NCBI GenBank assembly: GCA_053919585.1
Contig: CM132819.1
DNA length: 64,000 bases
Source of the DNA: Euprymna scolopes
Lineage: Eukaryota
Reading direction: 5' to 3' (one strand)
Below are positions 1 through 13,030 of the stretch, piece after piece. The notes under the pieces were generated by a model, which had not been told where the DNA came from, did not search any database, and saw only the letters and a list, made by a program, of their open reading frames with translations. A program made the translations under genes and the position numbers. Within the stretch, counting starts at the first letter, position 1, and the number at the start of each line of letters is the position of its first letter.

Positions 1-379
1 ACAGCCGGCAACACACTGCGACTGCGCATGACCCCCCGCCCCCGACATTTCATCTTTTTGTACAGATTTGTATTTTTTTTACAAGAAAGGGTTTGGGTTA
101 ATACCCCCCTTTTCTGTATGTTTTGTTACACGGAAAGAAAATAGTTCAGGGTTAACATTTTTAGGTTTTTTTCTTAACAAGGAAGAAAAAGTTGAGGTTG
201 ATATATTTTTTTTTACTTTTATTTATTTATTTTCAAGGAAGGGAGGGTTTACTTTTCAAGGAAGGAAGGTTTTTTTTCAAGGAAGTTTTTTTAACAAATC
301 TCTCTAAGTTCCGACTTGTGTCTGTACAAGGCAGCAGCCTGTAAAAAATATGCAAAAAGTTTCGTCTTGTCTGTCTCAC

Positions 380-640
380 TCCTTATAAATAAATAACTGG
401 TTAGGTATTGCTGCATGAATTCTGCTCGAATACCAGGCCTCTTAACTCAGTTTTACATCTAGCCACATTCGTTCTACATTTTGTGTGTGGATGCTGGGAT
501 CCTGAGGGTCCACAAAATTTTCTGAGTGGTTAATGGTGTAGTGTGGAAATTGCAGTTCGAGGTTAGTATATGCCTTCGAACAATCACTGAAAATAATTGT
601 CAGGGGTGAAGGGTCACAAGGGTTCGCCTCCACAGAAAGG
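380..640 (-). mobile_element. Merlin/IS1595(ISXO2)-type DDE transposase fragment
   Basis: ORF 442-633 reads IFSDCSKAYTNL...HYTINHSENFVDPQDPSIHTQNVERMW, matching the ISXO2/Merlin motif SDxWxAY...HxTVNHSxNFVDP..G.HTQxIE.LW; truncated. Confidence 0.85.
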
Positions 641-1070
641 GGGCGGCGAGGGGCAGTAAAAAAGGGTACTGTAAGTCACAACAGTCTTTTCAATTGATTT
701 AATTCTCAATTATTTCTCAATGTACCCCATTCAAATGTTACGATACTAATATTGGCTTCCTTTTTATTTCAATACATGTATTATTCTACAAGTCCAAACA
801 ATTCCAATGCGTTAATACATGCTTAATGCTTGATACTAAATTTAAAGGCCAAATAAATGCAATTTGTAAAGCTTTCAAATAATGCACAGTTTCAATATAA
901 TCATATCCTCTCTGTAAGAAGTAACTGATGCGGTTGATTTTAATACGACGATAAATCTTTTACTAGTTGTTATAAGTTTCCTATTTTTATACTTTTACAT
1001 TTTTAAAGTATTTTATAATCGATGTCTATCTACGGGAGCACATGCCTGCAATACTCATATTTAATGCCCA

Positions 1071-1071
<1 letters not shown>

Positions 1072-1157
<86 letters not shown>
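1072..1157. repeat. (CA)n(TA)n compound microsatellite; representative of more than 20 (TA)n tracts in the window
   Basis: Direct reading; similar tracts near 1642, 1797, 2229, 7143, 12973, 14274, 14469, 18443, 19361, 26099, 29666, 30229, 30632, 50450, 52613. Confidence 0.98.
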
Positions 1158-1159
<2 letters not shown>

Positions 1160-1635
1160 CCCAAAATTCTGGCCTTGGTTATATGTAGAATAAAATTTTC
1201 TGTTATGTTTTCACATGATCTTAAATAACAGCAGAAGTAATATTATAAAAAATATTTCTTATGTTATATCTCCTGTCTTTTGGAAATAGGATACGATTAT
1301 GAATACATTCAGTATGAAATAATCCATATGCACTGTTAAGTATTTTTTATGAGGGGGAGATATAAAATATGAGAAATACTTGAAATCAAGTCTTCCTTTA
1401 TTTATAATTAAGACTATTTGGAACCATAGCGGTGAGTTTTAGTCACCCCTTCACCACGGTCAGATACTTTAGGGAAATATCAAATATTTTGTAATTCATG
1501 TGCAAAAGTAGGATACAAATATGATTGAAACATTGATAATGATGCAGTAGCTTTCCACTATAAAACATCTTTTAACATTACCATTAAAATGCCACAGAGG
1601 TGGCATACATACATACATACATACATACATAAACC

Positions 1636-1683
<48 letters not shown>

Positions 1684-1793
1684 TGTGTATGTATTGTATC
1701 ATGCCACGTAACTTTCCGTTTTGTGCTTTAAGATGTACTTTGCTTAGGGTTTTATTTTTGCTTGTTTGTCTCCCATTCGGACCTATTTTGTCA

Positions 1794-1867
<74 letters not shown>

Positions 1868-1894
1868 TATATTAAGCATTGTCTGAAATAGGTA

Positions 1895-2006
1895 TGTAGT
1901 AGAGATTTTGGAGGCTATCTCAATATCTCTTGTTTTCGTCTTCTCTCACCAACACCGACTATACCTCATTCCTCGCATTGTGATAGCCTTCTAAATTTTT
2001 ACTACA
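1895..2006. mobile_element. Small foldback/MITE-like element with ~30-bp terminal inverted repeats
   Basis: tgtagtagagattttggaggctatctcaat versus attgtgatagccttctaaatttttactaca (reverse complement, about 5 mismatches); flanked by TA on both sides. Confidence 0.65.
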
Positions 2007-2225
2007 TATATATATAACGTGATGTACTTGCAATAACCCTTATCCCTGAGTGGCTTCCGGGCCTTGATAANNNNNNNNNNNNNNNNNNNNNNNNNNNNNN
2101 NNNNNNNNNNNNNNNNNNNNNNNNNNNNNNNNNNNNNNNNNNNNNNNNNNNNNNNNNNNNNNNNNNNNNNNNNNNNNNNNNNNNNNNNNNNNNNNNNNNN
2201 NNNNNNNNNNTTCATCCTGCCGGGA

Positions 2226-2304
<79 letters not shown>

Positions 2305-2409
2305 TTTTGCTTTGTTGTTCATTAGTTATTTATTTCCATGTACTTTTAAAATATTCTTTCGTTTTTGTTTTTATTTATTTAAACGATGCCATGATGATAT
2401 GAAGATTAG

Positions 2410-2910
2410 CCGGTCAATAGGGTCTGATTATCAAGAAGAAAAGCATACCTGAGATGTTCGATGTGGGTGTGTGGCTCCTTCATTCTGTCAAATGACATCT
2501 TCACCCTGGTGTCACTCTGGTTGGACTCTTCTTTCGTCGTCTTCAAGACCGCTTAGTTTTTAATGGAGACATTTAAGGCAGACGCCAAAACACACAACAC
2601 GACACAGTCGTCATATATGAGAAATACAACTAACTACTTATTCTACAAAATGTATACAATAGATACACAAAGTCAATTTACAAGTGATAACCGTCAAAAT
2701 TAAACTAACCGCATTATGTGCTCCTTCTTCTCTTATTCACAGAGGTACAGGAAATACGTGCTCACCTCATGATGGTCCAGACAGAATAAGGTCGATAGAG
2801 AAAAGGGAATTCTGAGTTGCATTAGTGTGGATCCTTCCGCCTTCGGCCAAATCGCCATGCAGGGGGAGGTGCGTAAGCAACCACCGTGGAACTCAGATAT
2901 AGTGCCACAT
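2410..2910. repeat. Unclassified interspersed repeat, copy 1 (copy 2 at 7875-8410)
   Basis: About 500 bp alignable by eye, e.g. gtcaatagggtctga, ttattctacaaaatgtatacaat, catgcagggggaggtgcgtaagcaaccaccgtg shared by both copies. Confidence 0.9.
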
Positions 2911-4238
2911 CCTTCCCTACGCACTCTGAAATTTTTGAGTATTCATAGAAGGAACTCAGTGAAGGATTTTTTTTCGCCTTGTCGGCTTGTATACTGCTTC
3001 AAATACCAGGGAGCGTACTCATCCTCGTCCTCCATGAGGGCAGAGAAAAAATGATGGAGGAATTTCAACCTTCTAGCATAACATAACTTACACCCACATG
3101 TCATCATGATTTCACTTACTGGATTTACGCAATCGATATAAAGTATTTTAACTAAGCTGGAGTTTACGTGAATTCAGCACGCCGATCTATACATATTTCA
3201 ATTTATTCTGCCCCAACTTATCAGGTAGTTTATTACAATGAACCGGAGTTACGTGATTTAATCTCTATTTTTATGATCACGACGGTTTCTATGTAAATTT
3301 AATCTGGTAGTAGACAAAATAACATTTAAAAAGATCTACTACTACTGAGTTTATTGCGCCCTTCTGCAACCAGTTTGGTTTATTTTAATAAGTCGAGGTT
3401 ACGTGACCTCATCACGCCGAACTATATGGATTTAGTTGAACCTCGGTCTTCAGAGTTCTTAATTCGATTGAATTCTGTTAGAGCAAGAAGTCTGCCGCCG
3501 AACGACTAATCGAAACCATCAACCACAGAATATTTATTAATTGTTAAGTTTTTCTCTCATTACAATAATAATATTCAATGATTAATTTAAGAATGGTACT
3601 CAGCCCTCATGAGTTAGAATGCTCAATTAGTGTAAACCATTTTTCACAAGATAAATGATTCAGAAACCTGGATACATATCAAATCCATGAAGGATGTTAA
3701 CATTTTTTTTTCTTAAAACGAGCATTAAAAATCATTTTAGAGTACCCCTGTCACAATTAGAATTTGTTTACACATTGCAAACGCATTTAAAGTTATTTCA
3801 TTCATAAGTAACTTTTTTCCCAAATTTCAGGGTACATTTAAAAAAGTGTTTTTTTTTTCAAAACTTTCTTTCAAAAGATTATTAAAATTTAATTACAAAA
3901 TTTTTAATAATTATTTTAAGCAATTATTTCATAGTGAAAATTAATTTTACTTCCCACAAGACCATTAAAAATTCCGAAGTCCGTTAACTTCTTTCCAATT
4001 TCCAGTAATTCATTTATTATTAAAAACAATCGTTTTAAAAGATTATAGAAAATTCATTTTGAATCGATTTACCCGTCACAATAAAATTTAGAGACATACC
4101 AAGTGTTTTCTTCATTTCGTAATTAGTGATTTTAAAAGTCAGTTTACATTTAAAATTATTTAATTTATTCTTAAAATTAATTTCTTCTTATACACAATTA
4201 TCAAGGTCATTTCGAATTTAGAAACCAGTCACGTTAAT

Positions 4239-5445
4239 TAGGTACGGGCACAAATGTGCAGACAAAAATTAGGGACCTTGTTTTGAAAGCCGATTTATCA
4301 TAATGTTTTGTAGGTTTCCGACTACTTTTTGATTGTATTAGAAAGATTAAGGACTAAACTTAATTTCCAAAAGGAAAAATATATTCGTACACGTGAAAAA
4401 AAATTATGAAAATGTTTTCACGGCGAGCTACAAATTCAGCTAAATTTTGAAGTAAAATAAATTCATTGTAAAAATCCTTTTTAAGATAAATATTAGTTGT
4501 CTGGATTTATTTCAGATATAATTAGTAAAGTAAAGTCCTAATATATTGAATTAACTAAAAATAACCTTGTTTGTACAAAACGTAAATTAATTAGCCCCAA
4601 AACCGAGTGATTCTGGCGTTCGCAAGACGCAACAAACTAGCATTTTGTAAACATGAAAATTACGACTCCCCAAAATTTCAGGCAGTAGAAAGACTGTGAA
4701 AATGACGTCATGTAATTAAAAGGGAGGAAGTTTTTTCCCAGTCGCGCATCTGTACATTTCTTTTCTGAACATTTGTATTAATTTTTGCATTTTTTAATTT
4801 AATTACTTTTCTATGTTCCTATTTTTAAATTATTATTTTTTAATTATTGTTCAATATTATATAAAAAAAATGTTACGCCGAAAGTTTCACATTGTTCCGA
4901 GCAAGGAAATTATAAAAAGCTTGCATATAAAAATTATGCGAAATCCGTAGTTTAAAAAAATGTAGAACTATTTTTTGCAATTATAATTTTTTGTGTGAAA
5001 ATATTAAATAAGCAATGCTAAATTCAATGGTAATATGGGTAGTTCAATAAATTCATTTTTCTTCGACTGCAATAGAATTCATTAGTACGGATTTAGGGTT
5101 TTTTCGTAATGTCCCAACAATATTATTTTATTTTATTTTTATTATTACAAATTATGATGCTTTATTTATGTAAAAAAAGCAAAAAAAAAATTCTTGCGTT
5201 TTTTATTTACTACTGTAAACCATAACTTTAGCAAAGGTATTTTGTGTTTAAAAAAAATAATAAATATCCATTAAGATGTAATTAAAAATAATTTATTCAT
5301 TATATTCTGCGATCATCATTTGATAAATAATGAAAATTTCATTAAAATTTGTTTCTTTCCTAATTTTTGGTGATTTTTTTAAGTAAAGGGAGGGGTCCAA
5401 ATGTTTATACATTTTAAGCATCGGCAATCATTTTGCCCGTACCTA
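4239..5445. mobile_element. Non-autonomous DNA transposon, hAT-like (TIRs plus 8-bp TSD)
   Basis: TIR taggtacgggca...tgcccgtaccta; perfect 8-bp TSD acgttaat at 4231-4238 and 5446-5453; no ORF inside. Confidence 0.85.
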
Positions 5446-6430
5446 ACGTTAATCGACTTTTTTTTCAATCTAATTAGTTTATTATTTAACAGCAACCCTC
5501 TTTCTAAAAGATCACTTACAGAGATCACTTCTAATCAATCAACTCCCGCCGCACCTCGGAGTTATATTATTTAATGACCAGTTCTGCATAACATAAGAGC
5601 TTGAGAAAAATAAAGTTTCAGTGAAAAAGATCTTTCCAGACCGAGGATTTTTTCTTCTCAAGAATTACTTCAAATTTTCGTAAGTACACCTTAGCCCACA
5701 CTTCATGGACCTTTATCATACAATCCAATTGAAAATAAGCCTTCAATTAAAGAATTAACTCTAATAATGCTTCCCTAATTATCTCCAAGAATTCAGGAAA
5801 ATTTTTTTCGTTAGTAAAATCATATTTGCTTAGAAATTATTAAAGATTAAGAGAATGTTCGAAATGCATAATTGTTCTTTACAAAACTATGAAAACTTAA
5901 GAGAACCTTTCACAAATTAACGTAATCATGTAATTGTTTTTTGCAACTTATTCGAACATTTCAGAAATACACTTTAAGTGCAACGTTTGCATAATTGTCT
6001 TTTTTTAATTAAAGCAATTGAATACATCACTTAAGTAATTTTAAGGAATTATAAGTAATTTTGTTCTTTAAACTTGGTCATTTTTTTAAAATTCAAGTTA
6101 ATTCGTGCTTATATGAGTTCTTGCAATCCACCATTGGGGTTGAATTTTACAAGCACCAAAAAAGCAAGAGAGCATGATTGGAAGAGGGTTCTTCACTATA
6201 GCGTCCTACCATAACATTAAACATTACATAATAACTAAAAAAAATCTTCGAACATTTTAAAAAGTTTTCTCTCTGATCCTCAGACTTTTAAAGGGTAATA
6301 GAATGGTAGACAACAAGACAGGGGAGAAAGAGGGGGCGAGGGGAAGCGAGGGTTTCACTACAACCTCTCCCACCATAACTTAACACATTAACAGGATCCA
6401 AACAGGCCATCAACTCATTTTCTTCTTTTC

Positions 6431-6564
6431 GCGTGAGTATTGGTCTGCCATTTCTTAAATTTTATTTTTAAATTTCTTGTAAACAGTGCTTTTAGGTATT
6501 CGTTTATCCTCTAGAGTCTTTTTTCTTTTGCCTGAAATATTCAGTTGTTCAGTTTTTAAAACTG
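6431..6564. repeat. ~135-bp direct repeat, copy 1 (copy 2 at 7477-7608)
   Basis: tattggtctgccattt...cctctagagtcttttttctt..cctgaaatattcagtt.gttcagtttttaaaactg present twice, about 1 kb apart. Confidence 0.9.
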
Positions 6565-7140
6565 CCCATGTGCGTCATTGTTTTTTTTTTAATGATTGAC
6601 GGTTAGGCATTATAACTAGACGTTTAAAAAATAGAAAAATCCTATTTTGATAAACTTTGTAATGCCCTCACACACAAAAATCTTGCATATCACCTAATCC
6701 AAATTTTTACCAATAACATTTTTTTCTCTTTTTAAAAAGACAAAAAAACATAATTAAACAAATCTGCTGATACTGAAAAAAACATTATCAAATAGAAAAG
6801 GCGCCTAATGTTTCAGCGTTAATTGTTACCTAACCTAAAAATATATATATCAAGCTAGACTCAAATGTTCATGAAATAATTTATTGAAACGAGAGTTCTA
6901 TTTTTTCCAATCTTAACTGAAAGCGTCAGTAATATTTTACAAAGTTCTAACATTTCCAAAATCAAAAACAATTTACAAACGTCCTATATTTCTTCAAACC
7001 TTAAATAAAGATCAGATTAAAAAGGTAAGGCATTTTTTCTCTCTTTTAAATTTATTTTCCCACCATCGTATTTGAAGGTTTTTTTCTCTTTTTATCATGT
7101 AACAGAAACATGTATATACATACCCACGCATATATCTGAA

Positions 7141-7211
<71 letters not shown>

Positions 7212-7476
7212 CTTTGCATTTACTAGAGAGACTTTCTTTTTCGTCTCTGTTTTTTTTTTCGTAGAGAGACACATTTATAACTTTTCTTTTAAACCGAGGC
7301 GTTATTTTTTTAATACTCTTATTTTTTTCATGTGAATAGTTTCGTGTGTAGATGTAGGAAGGGTACACTTTTCTATTTATAAAATTCTCTATCGATCTCT
7401 TGTACGTAAGTGTTTGTTTCTTCGTAGTTGCAAAACATTTTTTCAGATTCTGAATGTTCTGTGTGCATTTTTGTTT

Positions 7477-7608
7477 GCGTTTGTATATTGGTCTGCCATT
7501 TTTAGTTTTATTTTTAAATTTCTTTTAAACCGTGCTTTTAGACATTCGTTTAACCTCTAGAGTCTTTTTTCTTCCTGAAATATTCAGTTCGTTCAGTTTT
7601 TAAAACTG
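7477..7608. repeat. ~135-bp direct repeat, copy 2
   Basis: See 6431-6564. Confidence 0.9.
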
Positions 7609-7874
7609 TGAACCGTATTTTTTGTATTAGTCTAGTTGCTATTATGTTTAGTTATGCCGTGGCTTTTTTAGAGTTAATCTTTCGTCTAAAGGCAACATAT
7701 GGTTCCGTAATCGACTTCAACCTGGAAGGGTCGAAATTATTTCCATCCTGAAAATATTATATCCTGGTAAAAGGGCATCATTTATAACACGACCAGCCGG
7801 TCACTGGTGTATGACCGACCTCAGGTATTACACTAAATGTCTTAGAAACGGTCCTATAATGATTTGACGATATC

Positions 7875-8410
7875 CCAGTCAATAGGGTCTGAATATCAAG
7901 AAGAAACGAGGTGATGTCTATGTAAAAAAAAGGAAAGCACACCTGAGATGTTGGGTGTGGATTGATTCGCTCAAGATGGCATATTTACCCTGCTGGCATT
8001 CTGGTTGGTATCTTCTTTCGTCGTCTGCAATACCGCTTAGTTTGTAATGCAGCCATTTAAGCAGACCCCAACACACACAACACGACACATTCGCCATATA
8101 TGAGAAATAGAATTAACTTCTTATTCTACAAAATGTATACAATATATACACAAGGAAAATTTACAAGTTATAACCTTCAAAATTAAACTAACCTAATTAA
8201 GGATGAGGGGAAGGGTTGCTCATTCTTCTCTTATTTATAGAGGGACAGAAAATACGTGCCTACCTCATGACGGTCCAGAAAGAAAGAGGTCGATAGAGAA
8301 AAGGGAATTCTGAATTGCATTACTGTGTATTCTTCCGCCTTCAGCCAAAGCGCCACCATGCAGGGGGAGGTGCGTAAGCAACCACCGTGCCACTTAGATA
8401 TAGACCACAT
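7875..8410. repeat. Unclassified interspersed repeat, copy 2
   Basis: See 2410-2910; abuts the 3' end of the RTE element. Confidence 0.9.
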
Positions 8411-11400
8411 ACAGACCTGGCATATCTTACAGATTTTTTTCCGGATATCACGCTTAATTTTTGCATGGTCATATTTTTTTTCTCAAAGATATGTCCGCGA
8501 TGATAACCCATGGAGCACCATATTTTCCGATCATTGGAAGCACTCTCCCAACTACACACGTCAATAGCGAGAGTGTTCAGATTATCCTTGGTGTTGTCCT
8601 TAAGGCGTTTCCTTGTATAATTTCACCATAAAACATACGCTTCGGCACTCTGTCATTTTCCCTCCTTGTTAAATGTCCAGCCCATTTTATCTGGTGGAGT
8701 ATAAACAACTTTTAGATATATGCTACGTCAGCTCGCATGAAAAGATCTGTATCAGGTGTAAAAGATTTCCACAATGCCCGGAATGCGCCTCAGACATTTC
8801 TGATGTATTCTCTTCATGATTTTTATGTGTCTACAATAAGTTTTCTATGCTTCAGTAGCGTAAAGCAGAGATGGTAAGATACAAGATTCATAAACATTGA
8901 TCTTTGTACGAAGTGTTATACCTCTGTCAGACAATATTCGCTTCTCTAAGCTACCAAAAGTCCTAGGGGCACGCTGTATCCTATAGTTGACCTCAGCATC
9001 CAGGGATTCGTATCTGGCAAGAATGCTACCCAAATAAACGAATGTGTCAACCACGGCAAGCTTCTCAACCACAAACAGCTATGACTAAAGATACATTACC
9101 TGAAAGTACAGATTTTGAACTCCTCGACCTTACGTTCACAGGGAACATGAGCTGGAACAAATACATTGCCAAGGTTGCTGCGATACAGCTGGTTATCTCT
9201 CTCTCTCTCTCTACCGTGCTAGAAAGTATGGTGTATCTCTACAAGTAGTATTACGCCTGAAAGTGTCTTGTATCTCTACAACACCACCATTCGCGCATGT
9301 ATATAGTGTGTTTGGCACATCTGGGCTGGTGCATTTGCTACTGGTCTCTCGTTCCTGGGCAGAGTTTAAAAGAGAATCGCCAACCTCATAGGTCCTAACC
9401 TTTCATCAAAGCTTCAACCGCTGTCCGATCCACGTAACGTTGCATCCCTCTGACTGTTCTACAAGTATTGTAATGGTGAATGTTCCGGCGAAATACAATC
9501 CTTTGTTCGCTTTAGACGTAAATACTCCCGACAAACCCGAAAAGCAGCAAAACCCCACCTTTTCACAGTAGAGATCCCTAGATGTAAAAAAACCTTGTAC
9601 TCTAATAATTTCTTCTCCAGAACTGCTAGTCTTTGGAACTTCTTTCCGGGTTCCTGCTTTCCCAACTTTACTGACATGCAGAAGTTCAAGTATAATGTGA
9701 AGGGACATCATGCTGCTCAACTCCTTACATATTATGCCTGCAACTCGTATCCCCAATAGTTGCACCCTACATCAAAGTGGCACTGTGCCTTGGTTGGAGT
9801 TAAAATGCAATAATAAAAAGTTTACCGGGTGGAGGCGTGAACGTGACCCAAAAATGCACAAACCAATGAAAACAAATTCATTGCACTCTGTATATCTATC
9901 TCATTATGGGCCACAAGACACGCGTCATTTGCCTAGAACAATTAGCGAATAAGATGCTAAAAGACCGTTGTAGAAGCATGAAAACGACTGCTTTACCAAT
10001 AAATTTTAAACGCAAATAAACACCAAGAAAACAATCTTTAAATTCATAGGACAGCATAATTGCAAAATAAATAGAAAAAAGTGTAGGAGCCAACTAAAAG
10101 GGGGTCTGATAGACACCCGTTGAAGTTTAAAGGAGCCTTTATATTAGTGTGGAGCTCCTGGGTAACCGTAGAATTTGAGGTGGGCATCGCAACTTTCCTA
10201 GAATTATCTATAGCTGATTTCTGCTCACCGTATCAAATGCCTTGGTCACATCAAGGAACACCTGATAAAGCGGAACACGGTGTTCAGTACATTTCTCTTA
10301 CAACTGCCGAGCAGAGCAGATCATGTCCATGGTTCCTTTGCCCGGACGAAATCCACTTTGACTTTCTGGAATGACAGACGTGCGAATATAATTTAACAAT
10401 ATATTGAGAAGAACTTTGGTAAATACTTTGCCAACTGCTTCCAACAAACTTATCTCACAGTCGGTTTTGAACCCCTTTTCCCTGTATAATGATAGAAGAA
10501 TTGCGTCAACCCAGTCCGGATCCACGGAACACTTTTCCAGACGGATGGAGAATTTGATGAGCAAGTTTATCACTCCCATATAAGAGAACTCACACAGAAA
10601 TAGTATCAAGCCCAAATATTTATTCCTTTATTGCATCTCGAATTTTATTCTCAGATTGGAACTCAGACATTTCATGGATAAGCTTCTATTGATGGCGTCT
10701 TCATCAACATCGGAAGGGGTTTCAAAGAGATCAGAATAATGCTCAGTTAAACGAAGCAGAATCTTGTTGGGATCTTTCATAAGAGTAGTTCCATCACTCG
10801 AGAGTAGGGGAGATGTTTACAATGTTTGAGGACAATAGGTGTTTTAAGCAAATGTTACATGCATTTTGGAGGTTTTACAATTGAAGTACATCTGGATTTG
10901 GTTGGCGAGTTTAGCCCAACACTGATTTTTAATTTAGCGGGCTCGCCTTTGGAGAAGCCCTTTGTTTGCTTCAATGAGTGTTGGAGGGATTCCTGATTTT
11001 CATGAGAGGCAGATAACATTTTAATGCTCAACACGCTTTAAGTACTCAAGAGTTGAATTATTTCAGTATCATTGCCATCAAATCAATTCTGATGTTTAGA
11101 TATGCGGAAGTCAAGAACTTCTTCACTTATATCATAGAGTGTATGTTTAAGTGCTCCCCCGATCCATCGAAAACAGTAAAATTATCTAGGGATCGAAGTT
11201 TTTCACGTACACTTGCTCAACGCATGATAAGCATACTGCAAACATCTTGCAAATTTGCCCTCCTGGAAAAATGTAATCAATCATATGACCTTGTTTTAAA
11301 CGAGGGGTAGTCCAAATAATCTTATGAACTTCATTGTGACTAAAGAAAGTGTTACAGATAGAAAGGTTAAACTGAGAGCATAAATGGCGAAGACGCAGAC

Positions 11401-12400
11401 AATTATTGGTTACCTTTCCCACACTTAACTGACCGACAGAGACTCAGATATGGTGATCCTTGCCCACTCTTGCATTTAAATCACCCATGAATAAGATCTC
11501 TTCAAATAAAAAATAGAAGAAATGGTAAGGTTGAAATTTTGNNNNNNNNNNNNNNNNNNNNNNNNNNNNNNNNNNNNNNNNNNNNNNNNNNNNNNNNNNN
11601 NNNNNNNNNNNNNNNNNNNNNNNNNNNNNNNNNNNNNNNNNNNNNNNNNNNNNNNNNNNNNNNNNNNNNNNNNNNNNNNNTATATATATATATACACTAT
11701 GTGCAGATCATATACTTATTGTGTGCAAGAGGGAGGCGCATTATAATAATTCTTTCACTTTCATAGATTTGCTCTTCAATCCTTTTCACTAACTCAGACT
11801 GCACTGCCAAGCCACTCCCACCTTCTCGCTTTAGTTCCGATGGTTTTTATTTCCCAGAATCCACTTTCACGACTTGATCTTTATCACTCAAGCGTGTATC
11901 ATAAAATGTCGTAATAGCTATGCTGTGCCTAGCGAGCTATCTTGCAAAAATAGCTGTTCTATGCTCAGGCGTTTCACTATCTAAGACATCTAGCAAAGTT
12001 CTCACGTTCAATGTAACAACAGTAAGGCTATTAATCTCTTGAAGAAATTTTGATTTTTTTTTTTTGGTTTCATATTTTTCAAATTTTCTTATTTATCCTG
12101 CAAATGTAGACCAGTCGACGACCACAGGGCGCCGACCAGCTAATAAAAGGGCCAATTTTTTGGTCACCTTTTCTAGACCCTTCCAAAGTTCATTCGTTTA
12201 CAGTGCGTTCCTAGAAAAGGCTACCCAGATCATCAACCACCGAAGTTGCCTCTATCCTGCAAGCGATTTAGTCGACAATGTAATATAAATGCGTGACAGC
12301 CTATGTGCACATTTGCAGCTATGCACTTCCAGCACGCTAAACCTGTACACATCACCTCTGACTTATCGCCATATGACTTTTAGAAAGATATATACACATG
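8411..12400 (-). mobile_element. Decayed, near full-length RTE-clade (BovB-like) LINE: AP endonuclease plus reverse transcriptase
   Basis: APE pieces (TLNVRTLLD near 12000; NLSICNTFF..WTTPRLKQGHMIDYI 11186-11422); RT pieces (ISLLEAVGKVF..PESQSGFRPGKGTMDMI 10298-10615; FLDVTKAFDTV near 10240; APTLFSIYF 9896-10093; FVYLGSIL..TKINVYESCILPSLLYATE 8845-9072); many stops/frameshifts. Confidence 0.92.
9080..9820 (+). mobile_element. CR1/L2-group LINE 3' fragment inserted into the RTE
   Basis: LLDLTFTGNMSWNKYI, LYLYNTTIR, LQPLSDPRNVASL, RTASLWNSFP; 3' UTR shared with the 16392-16890 copy; A/T-rich tail at ~9810. Confidence 0.88.
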
Positions 12401-12737
12401 ATGATCACGACACAAAATACTTGTGATACATATAGTGTACCCTCTCGAACCCTACAACTGATTGCACAGTGGCAAACCGAAACAATAATATGATTGAGCC
12501 GCGGCAGGGAGTGCATGTTTTCTTGTTAAGTAGTTTAACCTCACCGGCAACTGGACATATACACACACACACAAATACTTAAGCAAGCAAACATNNNNNN
12601 NNNNNNNNNNNNNNNNNNNNNNNNNNNNNNNNNNNNNNNNNNNNNNNNNNNNNNNNNNNNNNNNNNNNNNNNNNNNNNNNNNNNNNNNNNNNNNNNNNNN
12701 NNNNNNNNNNNNNNNNNNNNNNNNNNNNNNNNNNNNN

Positions 12738-12797
12738 GGCAATTAAACTACACTGAATATTCCGCGTTTCATTCAGTCTAGGATTCTTCAGGCTAAA
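12738..12797 (-). ncRNA. Type I hammerhead ribozyme (imperfect stems)
   Basis: Minus strand: tagc CTGAAGA atcctagactgaat GAAA cgc ggaatattca gt GTA gtttaattgcc; core intact, stems I and II carry mismatches. Confidence 0.65.
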
Positions 12798-12970
12798 CAA
12801 TCCTAGAGTGGATTAAACGCGGAATATTCAGTGTAGCTTAATCGCCATATATACTTTATAACTTACTAACTAGCTCTACCTACGTATTGATCTATGCTGA
12901 ATGAAATACTTAAAGTTTACGCATACATTTTTACTTTCGTATGTTAATTTATGTTAGTAAATGAAGTAGT

Positions 12971-12971
<1 letters not shown>
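12738..12971. mobile_element. Palindromic PLE-type hammerhead element, copy 1 (partly decayed)
   Basis: Inverted repeat 12738-12788 / 12799-12846 followed by a ~125-bp tail shared with 50203-50450; ends in (TA)n. Confidence 0.85.

Positions 12972-13030
<59 letters not shown>

Noticed and set aside
1022-2300. ORFs with [10 protein letters not shown] runs (also near 7012, 19252, 25946, 28150-28840, 30510, 47959-48436)
   Set aside because: Translations of stop-free microsatellites, not genes.
2810-2910. HDV-like ribozyme on the minus strand (gca-cctccccc-tgc ... ctaatgcaactc)
   Set aside because: No P1 partner could be found, and the second copy (8310-8400) changes the putative catalytic ctaat to gtaat.
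3500-6400. Possible very old PLE on the minus strand
   Set aside because: Only faint motif resemblance; cannot be supported without a profile search.
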